Source: Eledone cirrhosa (lineage: Eukaryota). From it: a DNA stretch of 64,000 nucleotides. Every line of letters begins with the position of its first letter. Position 1 is the first letter of the stretch. Below, in pieces: positions 28,506 to 42,908 of the stretch. The notes under the pieces are model-generated. The model ran no database searches and was not told the origin of the DNA. It was given only the letters and a program-made list of their open reading frames with translations. The stretch lies in assembly GCA_964016885.1 (NCBI GenBank), contig OZ024740.1, forward strand, positions 391,344,001 through 391,408,000, written 5' to 3'. The position numbers were made by a program, and so were the translations under genes.

Positions 28506-28560
28506 ACTGATATATATATTTCAGTGACAGCCATCTTTGGCTGTGACCTCTTCAGGCAGT
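28506..28560 (-). ncRNA. Type I hammerhead ribozyme
   Basis: Reverse copy of the 25205 motif. Confidence 0.8.
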
Positions 28561-28660
28561 CTGAATTAGTGTGGTATAGACAAGTACATATGTTGTTGAG
28601 GTGTATAATTTTGTCAATACTCTGATATACCCAGTTCCCGGTTGAGCCACACTAATTCAG

Positions 28661-28715
28661 ACTGCCTGAAGAGGTCACAGCCAAAGATGGCTGTCACTGA
28701 AATATATATAGCAGT
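28661..28715 (+). ncRNA. Type I hammerhead ribozyme
   Basis: actgc-CTGAAGA...GAAA-tatata-TA-gcagt. Confidence 0.9.
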
Positions 28716-28743
28716 AATAAACGAAGCTAAACTTTAAACATTT

Positions 28744-28818
<75 letters not shown>

Positions 28819-29235
28819 TTGCCACGAAAGAACTTTGTTAGACTATATATATGTGTTTATATCTATATTATATCTGTATTTTTGACCGTTGGTCGGTCGA
28901 TAATAAACATTGAGGACCAAATGAATTAACTGTGGAGATATACAAGATTCAGAAGCGAAAACCAACCAAACAGTGAGTGTGTTCTGTTATTATTTCTGTC
29001 AATATTATTACAACAATATGACCCTTCCCAAGTATAACAATATATATATATATATCTTCCTTTTTTCTTCTTTTTTTTCTTTCTTCTCTTTCTTTTTCCT
29101 TTTTCTCCTCTTCTTTTCTTTTCCTCTATTTTCCTATCTATTTCTTACTATAGTATTAACACTTATATTTCTGTCATATGTAGACTTACCACTTTCCTGT
29201 AAACAAGTGCTATTATGCCTCATATCATGTTACCT

Positions 29236-29304
29236 TATTTTATCTGATGAGAACACAATTTTGTCTCAGAATGATTTTGTATTCGAAATGCGCATAATAA
29301 AATA
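29236..29304 (+). ncRNA. Type I hammerhead ribozyme
   Basis: tattttat-CTGATGA-gaacacaa..ttgtattc-GAAA-tgcgca-TA-ataaaata; 8-bp stem I and palindromic stem III. Confidence 0.92.
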
Positions 29305-29337
29305 TATGGAACTCTTTTAACCATCTTTTAATTTCTT

Positions 29338-29399
<62 letters not shown>

Positions 29400-29407
<8 letters not shown>

Positions 29408-29830
29408 CTGATGGTAGCTAAGATGCTTCCATAGACGGTATGCCGGTTAAGCACTCTATGCTCTTACAGAGCAGAGTATGATGTAATATAAAACGAAAAA
29501 TCAGTGATGCATCAAAACTCAATTTATTGTGTGTTACAATTGTTTCGCCGGCGGACAGCTCGAGACGCGATCATTGTGTGGATCTGTCTGATTCTGGACA
29601 CGCAGGTTCGACGGACACGTCTAATGATTTCGGAGCATATTCTCTCACTGGAGTATCTGACCCTATGGGTCAGTACTGTCAAAAACTTCATCCTCTTCGC
29701 GCGTCCAGCGATTGGCCGCTGGTTGTCTACGTTATCATAAATACTGACCACAGGTATCATTCCGATGTTCCATTTCTGCCACACTTCAATGAATTATTGC
29801 TGTGTTTCGTGGTCCACACATCCACGCGCG
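29400..29830 (-). mobile_element. Probable PLE 3'-end fragment; second copy at 42586-42790
   Basis: Two ~170-bp homologous copies; minus strand has GAAA-caattg-TA-acacac-AATAAA (3' half of an HHR) but no clear CUGANGA. Confidence 0.55.
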
Positions 29831-30158
29831 CACCCACACACATACACACAGACAACCACATAGATACCGACAGTCGTACGTATAGACTCCCGCTATACCC
29901 ACACATTAAGGAGAACATATAAACATAAACATACGCATACATTCATCCGGAGAGGAACGTACATACATAGACACATGCCCACAGGCCTATATACATCAAC
30001 ACGCACACACAAATGCTCATACACATGCATACACGTATGTATACACGTACACACAAACACGTACAGACATGTACGTAGCCCCCCTCCCTTCACGCACACA
30101 CACACATACACACACGTACCCATATATACACGCACAGATACACACTCGCTCGCAAACA

Positions 30159-30196
<38 letters not shown>

Positions 30197-30434
30197 TGTT
30201 ATATAGTAAGGTGTATTATTGGTTGTGTCAAACGGTCCAATAAACATTTGTTAGCAATGTTAAGTTCTCCACGCTTTTGTATATCTCCAATTCCATTTAT
30301 GGGAGCAGCTAGATGATGTAAAACGGAGTATTTGTATCAAAATAAGGATCCGAAGGCTTGGTATAAATTTCCAATCATTTTAATATATATATATATATAC
30401 ATATATACAAACAAGCCCTTTCCCTACAGGGTGC

Positions 30435-30465
<31 letters not shown>

Positions 30466-30529
30466 TGGCCCATATACACTCTTATAAATATGCGCATATT
30501 CCCATACACACCGACGCACGCATAAAAAA

Positions 30530-30717
30530 AATAATTGTTTCTACTTTTGGCACACGGCCAGCAATTATCCCAGTGTATTACTGGTACTTTATTTTATCGA
30601 CCCCGCAAGGATGAAAGGCAAAGTTAACCTCGGCGGGATTTGAACTCAGACCATAAAGGGGCATAACTCTTTGCTGCAAAGCATAGCGTCCGACCCTCTA
30701 CCGATACTGCCAATCCA
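30530..30717 (-). mobile_element. SINE family B, full length
   Basis: A-box-like TGGCAGTATCGG, B box GAGTTCAAATCCC, family body and tail. Confidence 0.9.
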
Positions 30718-30743
30718 CAAAAAAAATAATATTATATATTTAT

Positions 30744-30923
30744 TGGATTGGCCGTATCGGTAGAGGGTCGGACGCTATGCTTTGCAGCAAAGAGTTATGG
30801 CCCTTTATGGTCTGAGTTCAAATCCCGCCGAGGTTAACTTTGCCTTTCATCCTTGCGGGGTCGATAAAATAAAGTACCAGTAATACACTGGAATAATTGC
30901 TGGCCGTGTGCCAAAAGTAGAAA

Positions 30924-30930
<7 letters not shown>
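30744..30930 (+). mobile_element. SINE family B, full length, inverted relative to its neighbour
   Basis: Near-identical reverse complement of 30530-30717. Confidence 0.9.
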
Positions 30931-31005
<75 letters not shown>

Positions 31006-31336
31006 AATATATTTATTTATATGCATATCTATGTGTGTTCGTGTATGTGTGTGTGTTTGCGTGTCTGTGTGGGTTTCTTTTCGTGTCTGTGTGTGAAACT
31101 TTGAGTCCTCTGGATATGCGTATGTGTATGTTTTCGCACATATATCTGTGTATGTGCCTTTTATATATGTATATATGTATATATGTAGAAGTTGTATTTA
31201 ATTTGTTGGAATTCCGACAAACGTAAATGTTTATAACTGGTATAGAGCACTCAACAATTTACAGGAGTAAATATTCCAAGATATTAATAAATATATATAT
31301 AATAAATTAATATAGTTTCCATTTGTTAATATCTTC

Positions 31337-31437
<101 letters not shown>

Positions 31438-31522
31438 CGTATATATACGTATATATATATATATATATATATAAATGAAAAGTATAGAAATTATTGTAGC
31501 AAGAAGCCAACAGTATTCCATA

Positions 31523-31598
<76 letters not shown>

Positions 31599-31629
31599 GT
31601 ATATATGCTGGGTCCGTCAACCCTTATTA

Positions 31630-31684
<55 letters not shown>

Positions 31685-31687
<3 letters not shown>

Positions 31688-31870
31688 GGAAAAAGTTTAA
31701 CCCCGACGGCAGAGCTCAAGGCGTTTCGACGGCTATTTCTGGACGTCGAAACGGCTTGAGCTCTGCCGTCGGGGTTAAAGTTTTTCCTATTACCCTCTCT
31801 ATTACCCTAAGTATTGAGTACTCTGGTGCGTTATGGTCCATCTGGCTCATTACCACACTTCCTTCGTTAT
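31685..31870 (+). mobile_element. Short fold-back PLE end (U3-A8 family, HHR 3' halves only)
   Basis: ccccgacggcagagctc..ctggac|gtcgaaacggc..ggggtt plus tail; same layout at 40205-40398, 44303-44452 and 48878-49076. Confidence 0.85.
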
Positions 31871-31887
31871 ATATACATATTTATATA

Positions 31888-31938
<51 letters not shown>

Positions 31939-31942
31939 GTAT

Positions 31943-32013
<71 letters not shown>

Positions 32014-32074
32014 TATATGTATATATATCTATATATACATAGACATGTCTGTGTGCGTTTGTGTGTGTATATAT

Positions 32075-32127
<53 letters not shown>

Positions 32128-32711
32128 GTCACCCGCACTTATTCTTACTTACATACATAGAAAACATGCATCACATTTACTCGCACACGCAAAACGGTGA
32201 TGCGACTGTTGCCATGGTTACATTTTAAGAAATTTTGCATTTGAGTTGATTCGTAATGATGCGTAATGCGACAAAATATTATTCCACGGAAAGATCTTTA
32301 AAGACAAACACACACAGAGCAACCATTCGATCATTGATGATGTATAGAGAAAAAGCACATAGACACACGCAAAAAAGCATCTGACATTGCTAAATATGTA
32401 CAGGCAAATGTTGCATAACATCAAACAACGTGCATATACATACATACAAACTTACATTTACGATACACTTTACAATACAGAATCATATACACACAGACAC
32501 AAACATACACAGATCTGAATTTAAAGAGGCAGGGATGGAATTACAGTCGTTCTGCTAATATATTAAATATATAATATCAATCATTAGGAATGACATTAAG
32601 GAATGATTCCTGTGCTAGGACGAGGTTTAACCCGATTATATCATGTCGTGTATAATATTTTGGTGATCATTCTACATGACTAGTATATACCGTTCCTTTA
32701 TCTGTCTGTCG

Positions 32712-32838
<127 letters not shown>

Positions 32839-33047
32839 ATAAAAACAATGAATAAAAACAAAGAAACAGTTCCTTATATTAAAAAATTCATCATTTTACG
32901 ATCGTTTCTAGGATATATATGTGTGTGTTGGTATGTATATCATATAGATTTATGTAAACATTTTACAAACTATCAGAGGGAATATACATACCTACACATA
33001 TATATGCTGTCTTCAGAAATAATAGAAATAATAATGGTAGATTTATC

Positions 33048-33103
<56 letters not shown>

Positions 33104-34224
33104 TGTGTGTTTGCGTGTGTTTGCGTGTGTTTGTGTGTATTTGTGTGTGTTTGTGTGTGTATGTGTTGTGTGTGTATTTACATATACACACAAACCCCTC
33201 ACACATAGCCGTCACTCGTCTGGACCATGGTTTCGTTAAGTGTTTTAGGTACCAATGCTTTCGCGTGCACTAATACTCTCTTGTACTCAGTTTACTCAGC
33301 TGCAGAAATGAGATGATAGCTGGGATCCCTATCATTAAATCACCCAAGACACCTCCAACGAGATATACCTTGGAGGAGGCCAGCTAAACCTGCATAGGTG
33401 TGAGCTGTCACACACACACAATACTCTCTTGGCCCTCCAGTCTTTGATCCAGCGGAATATCCAGGCTATGACAGCTGGAAAAAAGCGTACTGCATTACCA
33501 CTCGGCTAGTACTTTTTCAATCGATTTAAGGCTGAAAGGCAAAGCGGACCTCGGTTGGGCTTGAACTCAGAAAGCTGATGCCCGGAACAAACATCCAATG
33601 TTCTAATGACTGCTAAATCTATGTAGGTTTGGCTGTGAGCTTAAGAAATTCAATAATCTGATTTCAGTTTTAGCTTCACCGGCATCGAACCTTGGGAATG
33701 TGCCGTTTATTATATCTTTAGTCTTGTGAGAGGAATTCAGTATTGAAAACTGTATGGAAGCCTGTCGTATAGATGTGTGTATATTAGTCACCACATCTGA
33801 TTTTGTGTTTTCCACAACTCCCTTGCTTGGAAACCGATGTTGTTTGTCCTCTAACATAGCAGTTCATGACGATTCTTCTATCGACATAATCATAGGGTTA
33901 GTTAACTTCTGAGGAAAGATATAGCTTTGGGTAATTGCTGGCCTTGTGCCAAAAGTAGAAACAATTATTTAATTAAGTAACCAATCGTACGCACGTCATA
34001 GAAATACGTCTGACTATGTCAGTTATATTCTAAATCCTTCTTGACGTATTTTACGTTGTTATAGTAAAATTCCTTTGCATACAGAATCATAGGAGTGGTA
34101 ATCTTCTGACGAGACAATACATTTCGAAATGAATAAAAATAATCTTGATTTTTATCTATACATTGGACGTGTTTACTCTTAATTCTTTCAATTAAAACAT
34201 GTAGATTTATCAACATTAAAGTTA

Positions 34225-34321
<97 letters not shown>

Positions 34322-37300
34322 CATTGAAAAAGTGAAGAATAACATGGTCAACAGTACAAAAAAATGATTTATTTATAGTCTAACAATTGTTTCACTGATT
34401 AAGTTGTCTAAAAATTGCTGAACACTAGAAGCAGTGCCACTCAATTTCAAATACCATGTTAGCTTAATCAGATCTTCAGAGACAACTACAAAAAATAGCC
34501 GGTAAATTTACAAACTTCAAATTACAGCATCATTAATAATATTAAAGATAGAGAGAGAAAAAAAGAAAGAGAGATAGATTAAAGAAAGAAAAAGAAAAAG
34601 AAAAAGAAAAAGAAAAAGAAAAAGAAAAAGAAAAAGAAAAAGAAAAAGAAAAAGGAAAACAGAAAGATATATATAGAAAAAAGACATAGAGAAAGGAGGA
34701 GAGAAAGAGGAGAGAAAAGGATAAAGGAGAAATAAAGGAAGAGAAAAAAAAATAGAGGGAAAATATCAACAATAAATGAATAAATGTTAATACACGAATA
34801 AATGTAAATACATAAATAAACAAACAAGTTACATCGAGGATGATACAAAATAATACAAAATATGAAAATAAATAAGTAAAAATGTGCGAAGAAATTTAAA
34901 CATATTAAGATTATTGAGAGTGGTTAAAATATAGAGAGATACGAAGGTATAAACATGATAATGTTAAATATATTTATGTGTGTATTGGTTATTTAATAAA
35001 TTAATTATATAATTAGTTAGTTATTTGATTAATTAGTTGTAAGTTATATTAGAAGTGAAAATGATATGATATGATAAAATAAGATAAAATGCCAGAGATG
35101 AAATAAATTTAGGGAGAGAAATAGAAAGATAGAAAGTCAAAGATAGAGATATATAAAATATGAATGTAAAATATAAGAGGTTATGATGTTTGTTCATTGA
35201 TAGATGATGACAATTATAATAATAATGATGATAATGGGATATTATAATAGATCTAAGTGGTACAATTTGGCTTATGGAATAGATTAGATGAATTAAGCTG
35301 GTCTAAAGTTCTCAAATTTGGTCGCCGTTTTATGCCTACAGAAAATAGTTCTTTCAATTTTACTGTTAAGTAGCATTTTGTTGCAATTTAAAATTTGGAA
35401 AAGCTCCATATTACAAAGACCACAGTGGGACATGCCAATTCTATAGGCTATTGCAGTTGATAGCTTTGTCCAGCTGATTTTATATTCCATGTCTGCATCT
35501 CTGAGTTGCCAGATTTTATTGGCGAGTGTTGTATTTATGAGCTTCCTGTTATTCATAGTATCTATGGACATACCACCTTTTCTTAAACTCACCCGCTGTG
35601 GAACCTATGTAGTGTCATGCAAAGCTGCCTGAATTTATAGTACATAGGTACACTATATTTGACTCCAGGCATCTATTTTGTAATGAGCATTTGTCAGGTA
35701 GATGACAGTTACATTGAAATGCCTTCCTATGTGCCGGTTCTTCGATATGGTTTTGTAAGTTGTTATGTATGGGCTGAGAATTGGGTTTGTTGATGTATTG
35801 TGGTGATGTGTTCTGACGTGTGTTTGGTTGTGATGATGTTATATGCTTGTGTTTTGTATTTGGTGTTATGGTACTTATTTGCGGGCTACTTGTATTATAA
35901 ATTCTCTTATAGTTAATTTTATGTATGTGCGAATCTATGTTATTGGCAGTGGAGTATGATAGTTTGATAGATTTTCTATTAAAGATTTTATGATATTTAT
36001 GAATTTTAGGGAAGTGTTTGTCAACTAATTTGAAGAAAGTGTAAGGTAGTTTTGTTTTTATAGAGGAGTTAAATACTGGATTGAACCATAAGTACTTTCT
36101 ATCTTTGCATCTTCTATAGTTACTAGTGGTCTTTATATTAGTATTCTGTTCAATTAATTCTCGTGCTTGTTGCCAATTTCTATGTTTAGTCCTAGATTTG
36201 TTGCTTCTATAGATGTGGATAGTGTTATTTCTATTAAGTGTGTTATTATTTTTTGTATCTGGTATGTATTTGAGTCTCTCTTTATGGCCTGCTTTAAGTA
36301 AAGCTATGTTGTAGTAGTTAGCGTGTTCGTTAAACATCTCTAGATTAGAAGATAGGCGCGAGATTCTAAGTGATATACTATGTGCTATGGAGTTAATTAT
36401 GGATCGAGAGTGATTAGAGTTATAATTAATGTAAGCTAAATTTTCATTATTTTTATGAAAGGGTTCTATTATTCCAGTATTTAGGTTAAGCGATACATCT
36501 AAGAAGTTAGCTTTTTTAGAGTTGAGTTCAAAAGTGATGTTAAAGCCTAATTTATTAAAGAATTTTCTATTCTTTTTGCGTAATCTTTCTAAGTTTTGAT
36601 TATTTAGGTTTTTAGCTAAAAGTAATGTATCGCCTCTATAAATTCCTCCTTGTAGGTTATCAAATTCCTTATGTAAGATATGTGCTATATATATTCCGAC
36701 AATGTCCGTAACTTGGGCTGAATCATTTGATCCCATAGTTATATGGAAGTTATTTAATCTATTTTTTCTTTCCCAGTAATATTGTCGAATCTAATGATTG
36801 TTCTTCTAGCAGCTAGTATTATTTTAATTTCCTCTGGTGACAGGTCAGAGTTTTTTTGTGCAAAGGATAGTGCCTTATTTAGGGTTACTTGGGAAATAAA
36901 AGCGTAGTAGTCATTAATGTCAAATTGTATGAAGACGGAAGATTCTCTATTTTCTAATTTATTAAACCAATTTATTGCTTCATTAGTGTTACCCCAGAGC
37001 TTGATTATTAGTTTTTCTTTAATTTGTGGTATTATTCTATCTAGTATAAACTTGATAATTTTGCCTATATCTGATTTTGATGGACATATTAATCTAATAA
37101 GTTACATTTATGATCCTTCATATTAAAAGTGGGTTTACAAGGGGTTACAGGTTCGGATATTTTAAGTTTTTTTACCTTCCTTTTTAATGCTATTGAGTGT
37201 AGACTGAAGTTTTCTTGTATTTTTTTATGTAATTCCCAGCGTATAAAGTTGTTGTATGTATTAAGGCTCCTGGTGTATACGTTTGATGTTTTGTCTGCCT

Positions 37301-37550
37301 TTACTATAATACTGTTGGTGTTACGCAATTTTTTTAGTAGTGCATTGATGTTATTTTGCAGCTTGTTATGATGCGTTCGTTTTTTGAATTTAGTTTCCTT
37401 TATCATGTTCATGAGGTCAAATTCAAAGGCATCAAGTTGCGGGTTGTTCGGTGGATTTTTACAGGATCTAAACCCATATTTTTCACTGGTAGACCCATCA
37501 TTTCTATCATTATTATTATGTCCTTTATCGTAATGATATGCTTTCCATCT
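34322..37550 (-). mobile_element. Degenerate Naiad-type Penelope-like retroelement (RT plus GIY-YIG plus 3' UTR with HHR)
   Basis: IVKADKTSNVY, MGSNDSAQV, GIYRGD (YRDD-like), NFLDV, WFNPVF..KHFP..HKIFN..KLSYS, CNC..C..C..NIVY, HYIG, CGLC..E..CRH; stops and frameshifts; coding remnant ~37500-35293. Confidence 0.92.
34378..34483 (-). ncRNA. Type I hammerhead with an extended stem II
   Basis: gtct-CTGAAGA-t-ctgattaag..(~60 nt)..cttaatcag-t-GAAA-caattg-TT-agac, then AATAAA; at the 3' end of the PLE. Confidence 0.8.
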
Positions 37551-37604
37551 ATATATATATAGCTATTTACATCTATATAGAGATATGGATATAGATATTT
37601 ATAG

Positions 37605-38345
37605 CTTCTTCTTCTTCTTCTTCTTCTTCTTCTTCTTCTTCTTCTTCTTCTTCTTCTTCTTCTTCTTCTTCTTCTTCTTCTTCTTCTTCTTCTTCTTCTT
37701 CTTCTTCTTCTTCTTCTTCTTCTTCTTCTTCTTCTTCGCCCACTTAATCCTGAGGGGGGGGGGGTCGTGAGTAAAGATTCCTCAAACACTCTTTCCAGCG
37801 GGTCCTGTCAGAAGCAACCGTCTCCAACTGATCCGGCTGGATCCCCAAGTGAGACCAGCCAAGTTCATGGATGTTATCCAACCAGCTTGCTCGGGATCTA
37901 CCTCTGGGTCTCCTGCCGGTTGGTTTTGCCCGTAAAATCTATCCACCAATTCTTTCCTGAGACATTCTAACCATATGCTCATAGTATCTTTCAATTCGGA
38001 CACATAGTGGCTCTACCTGGAGTGACTCTCTGATCTCCAAGCTACGCATTCTCTCAAGTAACGTTACTCCAAAGAACCTTCGGAGAAATCCCATTTCGGC
38101 CGCTTGTATTCGTGATCGTATTCTTCCGGTCATTACTCAAGATACAAGACCGTAGGTAATGGTTGACACGAATACTGAATTGAAGATAGCGACTGTTGCT
38201 TTTACTCCTACCTCGCTTATTCTGATTACCGGATGCTTAAGCCGGCGCACTACTGCATCATCTCCTACAATTCGTGCACCTAATTCAGTCTCCTGCTTTC
38301 CATCACTCGTGAACACAGCCTCGAGATACTTGAACTCCCCCCTGC
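37605..38345 (-). mobile_element. RTE-clade LINE 3' fragment with (GAA)n tail
   Basis: RIQAAEMGFLRRFFGVTLLERMRSLEIRESLQVEPL; (TTC)n at 37605-37737 is the 3' tail. Confidence 0.88.
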
Positions 38346-39082
38346 TTCAATGAAATTTCGTTTACATGGAGAGTGCACTTGAGAGGAGGCGTGCCTCAGT
38401 TTTTGCAATGACATTGATTGATGAAAATTATGAAAATTACATTATATCTAGTTGCGTATTTCTCTACAAATGTTTCAGTACTGTATTTCGCATCTCGGTT
38501 GTACTTTCGCAATTCATATGCGTTTATATGTCTATATTTCGTAACCCCTTTTCACTAAAAAATTTAATGAAGCATTCCAGGAGATTATATACCAAAATAT
38601 AATACAACATAGGTAATTATATACCATGATGCAAGAATAGGTAAAAATAAAATATATTAAGTAAGCTATGTAAAATAGTCGAATAAATCAGATAAATTTC
38701 CCTTGATAATAGGGCATGTGATGTTTTCAGGGTGGCTTCAATAAACAATGAACAAAAACGCCTGTCCAACATTTCACCACCTAATTAGAAGTCTTGATGC
38801 CCCTTGATGCCCCGCCTCACCCGCATCACCTCGCTCCTCCCCACCTCACCCCGCCTCACAGACAGTATAAACAAAGGAAAACTCAGAGCCTCAGAGAATC
38901 GTCTCCCCCCTCCCTACCGAGTTTGCCTTTATTTATACTGTGTCTACTATTAAATGTTAGTTCTTGTTTGATGACCCTGTGATAAACAGGTGAAACTCCG
39001 GGGTAACAAGACTTACTATTTAGCCGCAATAAAATGAATATCTCTCTCTCTCTCTCTCCCCCTCTCTCTCTCTCCATACCCC

Positions 39083-39167
<85 letters not shown>

Positions 39168-39186
39168 CACACAAATACGCAAACAA

Positions 39187-39243
<57 letters not shown>

Positions 39244-39289
39244 AAAAGAAAGTGTGGACGTTAGAAAACGTTCTATACAGATCACGTTA

Positions 39290-39594
39290 TATAAAGAAAA
39301 TGATTAAAAAAAGGGTTTGAAAAGCGCACCTGGTATATAAACGATCTAACAAAAATGGATATCAAAAAGTGATGTTAACAAAGCCTGCTTTCTCCGTTTC
39401 GGATTATCAAAACATTTGTTATTAGGTTAAATTGTTTTCGTTAACACTCCTGCATGCTGATTCTCGATCAAAACGGAGAAAGCAGGTTTTGCTGACATTA
39501 ATTTTTAACATCAACTTTTGTATATGTTATAAAGATCCTTTACAAGCATACCTCGTGCGCTTTTCAAATCCTTTTTTAAAAATCATTTTCCTTA
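39290..39594. repeat. Imperfect long inverted repeat (MITE or fold-back)
   Basis: gaaaatgatt..tttgaaaagcgcac..cctgctttctccgttt versus aaacggagaaagcagg..gtgcgcttttcaaa..aatcattttc. Confidence 0.7.
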
Positions 39595-39777
39595 TGGTTC
39601 ACCACTGAATAGAACTGGTCATTCCGTATTATAGTCAACCTTGATGTAATATTAGGGAGAGCACTCGACATAATGCAACTCACCCGTCTTCGTTTGTGTT
39701 GTTGGTGGTGCGAGTACGGAATTAATTATGATAAAATAACAGGAGGCTGGACTGGTGTAATTCCTTAAAGGTTTATT

Positions 39778-39835
39778 ATACTATGAACATTTCAATGACC
39801 GGGTTCAGTATGAATCCGGTGACATCATCAGGTAT
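39778..39835 (-). ncRNA. Type I hammerhead ribozyme
   Basis: Reverse copy of the 39981 motif. Confidence 0.8.
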
Positions 39836-39980
39836 TCGAAATTTAACAAAGGAATATAATAGACACAATCCATGGGGCGGCCAACCGGACTGGCAACTGC
39901 TAATTGTTTTGCCGCCTTTCGTCTCTCTGCTTTTTCAGCCCCATGGATTGTGTCTATTATATTCCTTTGTTAAATTTCGA

Positions 39981-40038
39981 ATACCTGATGATGTCACCGG
40001 ATTCATACTGAACCCGGTTATTGAAATGTTCATAGTAT
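39981..40038 (+). ncRNA. Type I hammerhead ribozyme
   Basis: atac-CTGATGA-..accgg attca tac tgaac ccggt..-GAAA-tgttca-TA-gtat-AATAAA. Confidence 0.82.
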
Positions 40039-40101
40039 AATAAACCTTTAAGGAATTACACCAGTCCAGCCTCCTGTTATGTTATAATATATATATATAT
40101 A

Positions 40102-40398
<297 letters not shown>

Positions 40399-40419
40399 GG
40401 GTCCTACTCGTTCCTAGAA

Positions 40420-40469
<50 letters not shown>

Positions 40470-40596
40470 ATATATATATGTATATATGTATATATATATA
40501 TGTATATATATGTATATATGTATATATATATATGTATATATATGTATATATGTATATATATATGTATATATATATATATATGTATATATGTATATA

Positions 40597-40748
<152 letters not shown>

Positions 40749-42278
40749 TATATATATGTATATATATACACATATATATTCTTTAAAATGTTTATGTTGT
40801 TCAGAGGATTATGTGCAAAAAATATTGAACTAAATCCAGCTCTATCATAAAGATTTATATCTAGTTTCCTCCCTCTATTTTCTAAATTTAAGAGCCGTTA
40901 ATGCCATCTTTATTTTCACCGTTTCGGGTTCCATAACGTAAAGTATCAGCACTGGGTGCTGATCGCATCAACAAAATATTTGTGATCTTGAGGCAATGTC
41001 AACTATCCTTATTAGACATGAAAGAGACTGGATAGAGCATGTTACTTAATTCCTTCCGGTATATAATTACGTCTCTTTTTCTGCTGGGTTCAACTTGTTT
41101 TTCATGCGTCCGGGATCAGTGGAATTGCTAGCATCAATTACTAGATACGATTATATTGCTACGTTAAAATTTCTTGCATTGTGTTTGTGTTAAATATCCG
41201 TATTAAGATGAGACAAATTTGTATATGATAGTAGATTTAAAATCGTTTAGCAACACCACCAGCAACATCAAAAGTAAAATGTTTGTTCGTTTATTGATTT
41301 CTGGTAAAAGATGATTATACCTTTCTAAGAAACTATGAAAATCTCCACGAAAGTAACAGATTCTCATACCTTCTACGATATCTTACTAATGGTCTTATGA
41401 AATCTCTTTGAAGTAGTTCATTTTAAAATGATATTTCGTTCATAGAAACCTGTTATATAATTCAATTATCTCTTCTCAGAGATTTAGACCAGTAGACTAG
41501 GACTTCTCTTCATTCGTGTTTGTGGCTTTCATGTCACAAATTATCGGTTGAAATGAAATATCAGCGTTTGCCAAAGGCAAAATATATATGATATCTATAT
41601 TTAAGCATTATCTACACCCATTGACAAAAGCACACATAATGAAATGGAGTAAGAATATGGTAAATATGAAGCTTTAATATTCGCAATAAATCAATTTTAC
41701 TTTGAGATATGTAGGTTTCAAAATTACTTGTTTAAAACGCGACATTAGGTTTGGTGATTAATATTATGCTATTAGACAAATTTCTGTCTTGGTGGAATAA
41801 ATTTAATGTAAATGTTTGATTCTCACTTACATAGACAAACACCCAGACACAAACATATTATAGACACTATCAAACGTGTGTGCTAGTTGTTCAGTTAATG
41901 AAACTATCTACCCATTGAACTAGCACATACGTGCATAAATAAAGTAACTAATAGATATTTATAAACTAAACACAATGCACGCGCATAATCACAGTGCAAT
42001 AAACCTAGATCCCAGAATATGTGGCAAAGCTAGACCCACGAATTGCAGGTTTGGTGCAGCCAATGCATTTATATTCAAATTGTGATTTCCATTCTTACAA
42101 GCCTGAAGTTCAATATATACTATCGTCGATGATATATTACCTACATATTGCGAGGTGATATAAAATCGGGGTGGGTGTCAAGATTCCAGCCTGCAACCAT
42201 AAAGCTGTGTGTGTATGCACCATATAAATACAGATATATACTCACATACATATATATGTACACGCCCATGCATGCAAT

Positions 42279-42361
<83 letters not shown>

Positions 42362-42364
42362 TAC

Positions 42365-42422
<58 letters not shown>

Positions 42423-42425
42423 TAC

Positions 42426-42502
<77 letters not shown>

Positions 42503-42553
42503 TAATACATATATATATACATACATATATATATATATATATATACATACATA

Positions 42554-42584
<31 letters not shown>

Positions 42585-42819
42585 GTGTGTGTGTCTGATG
42601 GTAGCTAAGATGCTTCCATAGGCGGTATGCCGGTTGAGCACTCTATGCTCTTACAGAGCAGAGTATGGTATAATATGAAACGAAAAATCAGTGATGCATC
42701 TGAAATCAATTTATTGTGTGTTACAATTGTTTCGCAGGCGGACAGCTAAAGACACGATCATTGCATGATTTTCACTGATTTTTTGTTTTATATATATATA
42801 TATTGACTTATGTTTCGTC

Positions 42820-42908
<89 letters not shown>

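Larger units (their letters stand above)
28350..28750. mobile_element. Fold-back 3'-end fragment of the 23628-25403 PLE family
   Basis: 28350-28643 matches 25120-25403 in reverse; 28647-28750 matches 25191-25292 forward. Confidence 0.88.
39626..40085. mobile_element. PLE 3'-end fold-back element (~145-bp arms plus tail)
   Basis: 39731-39876 is inverted at 39938-40085; homologous to 7038-7255. Confidence 0.85.

Noticed and set aside
35615-35617. In-frame TGA before HYIG in the Naiad-type ORF as a possible selenocysteine
   Set aside because: It is not at an evident Cys position, the copy has other disabling lesions, and I see no SECIS
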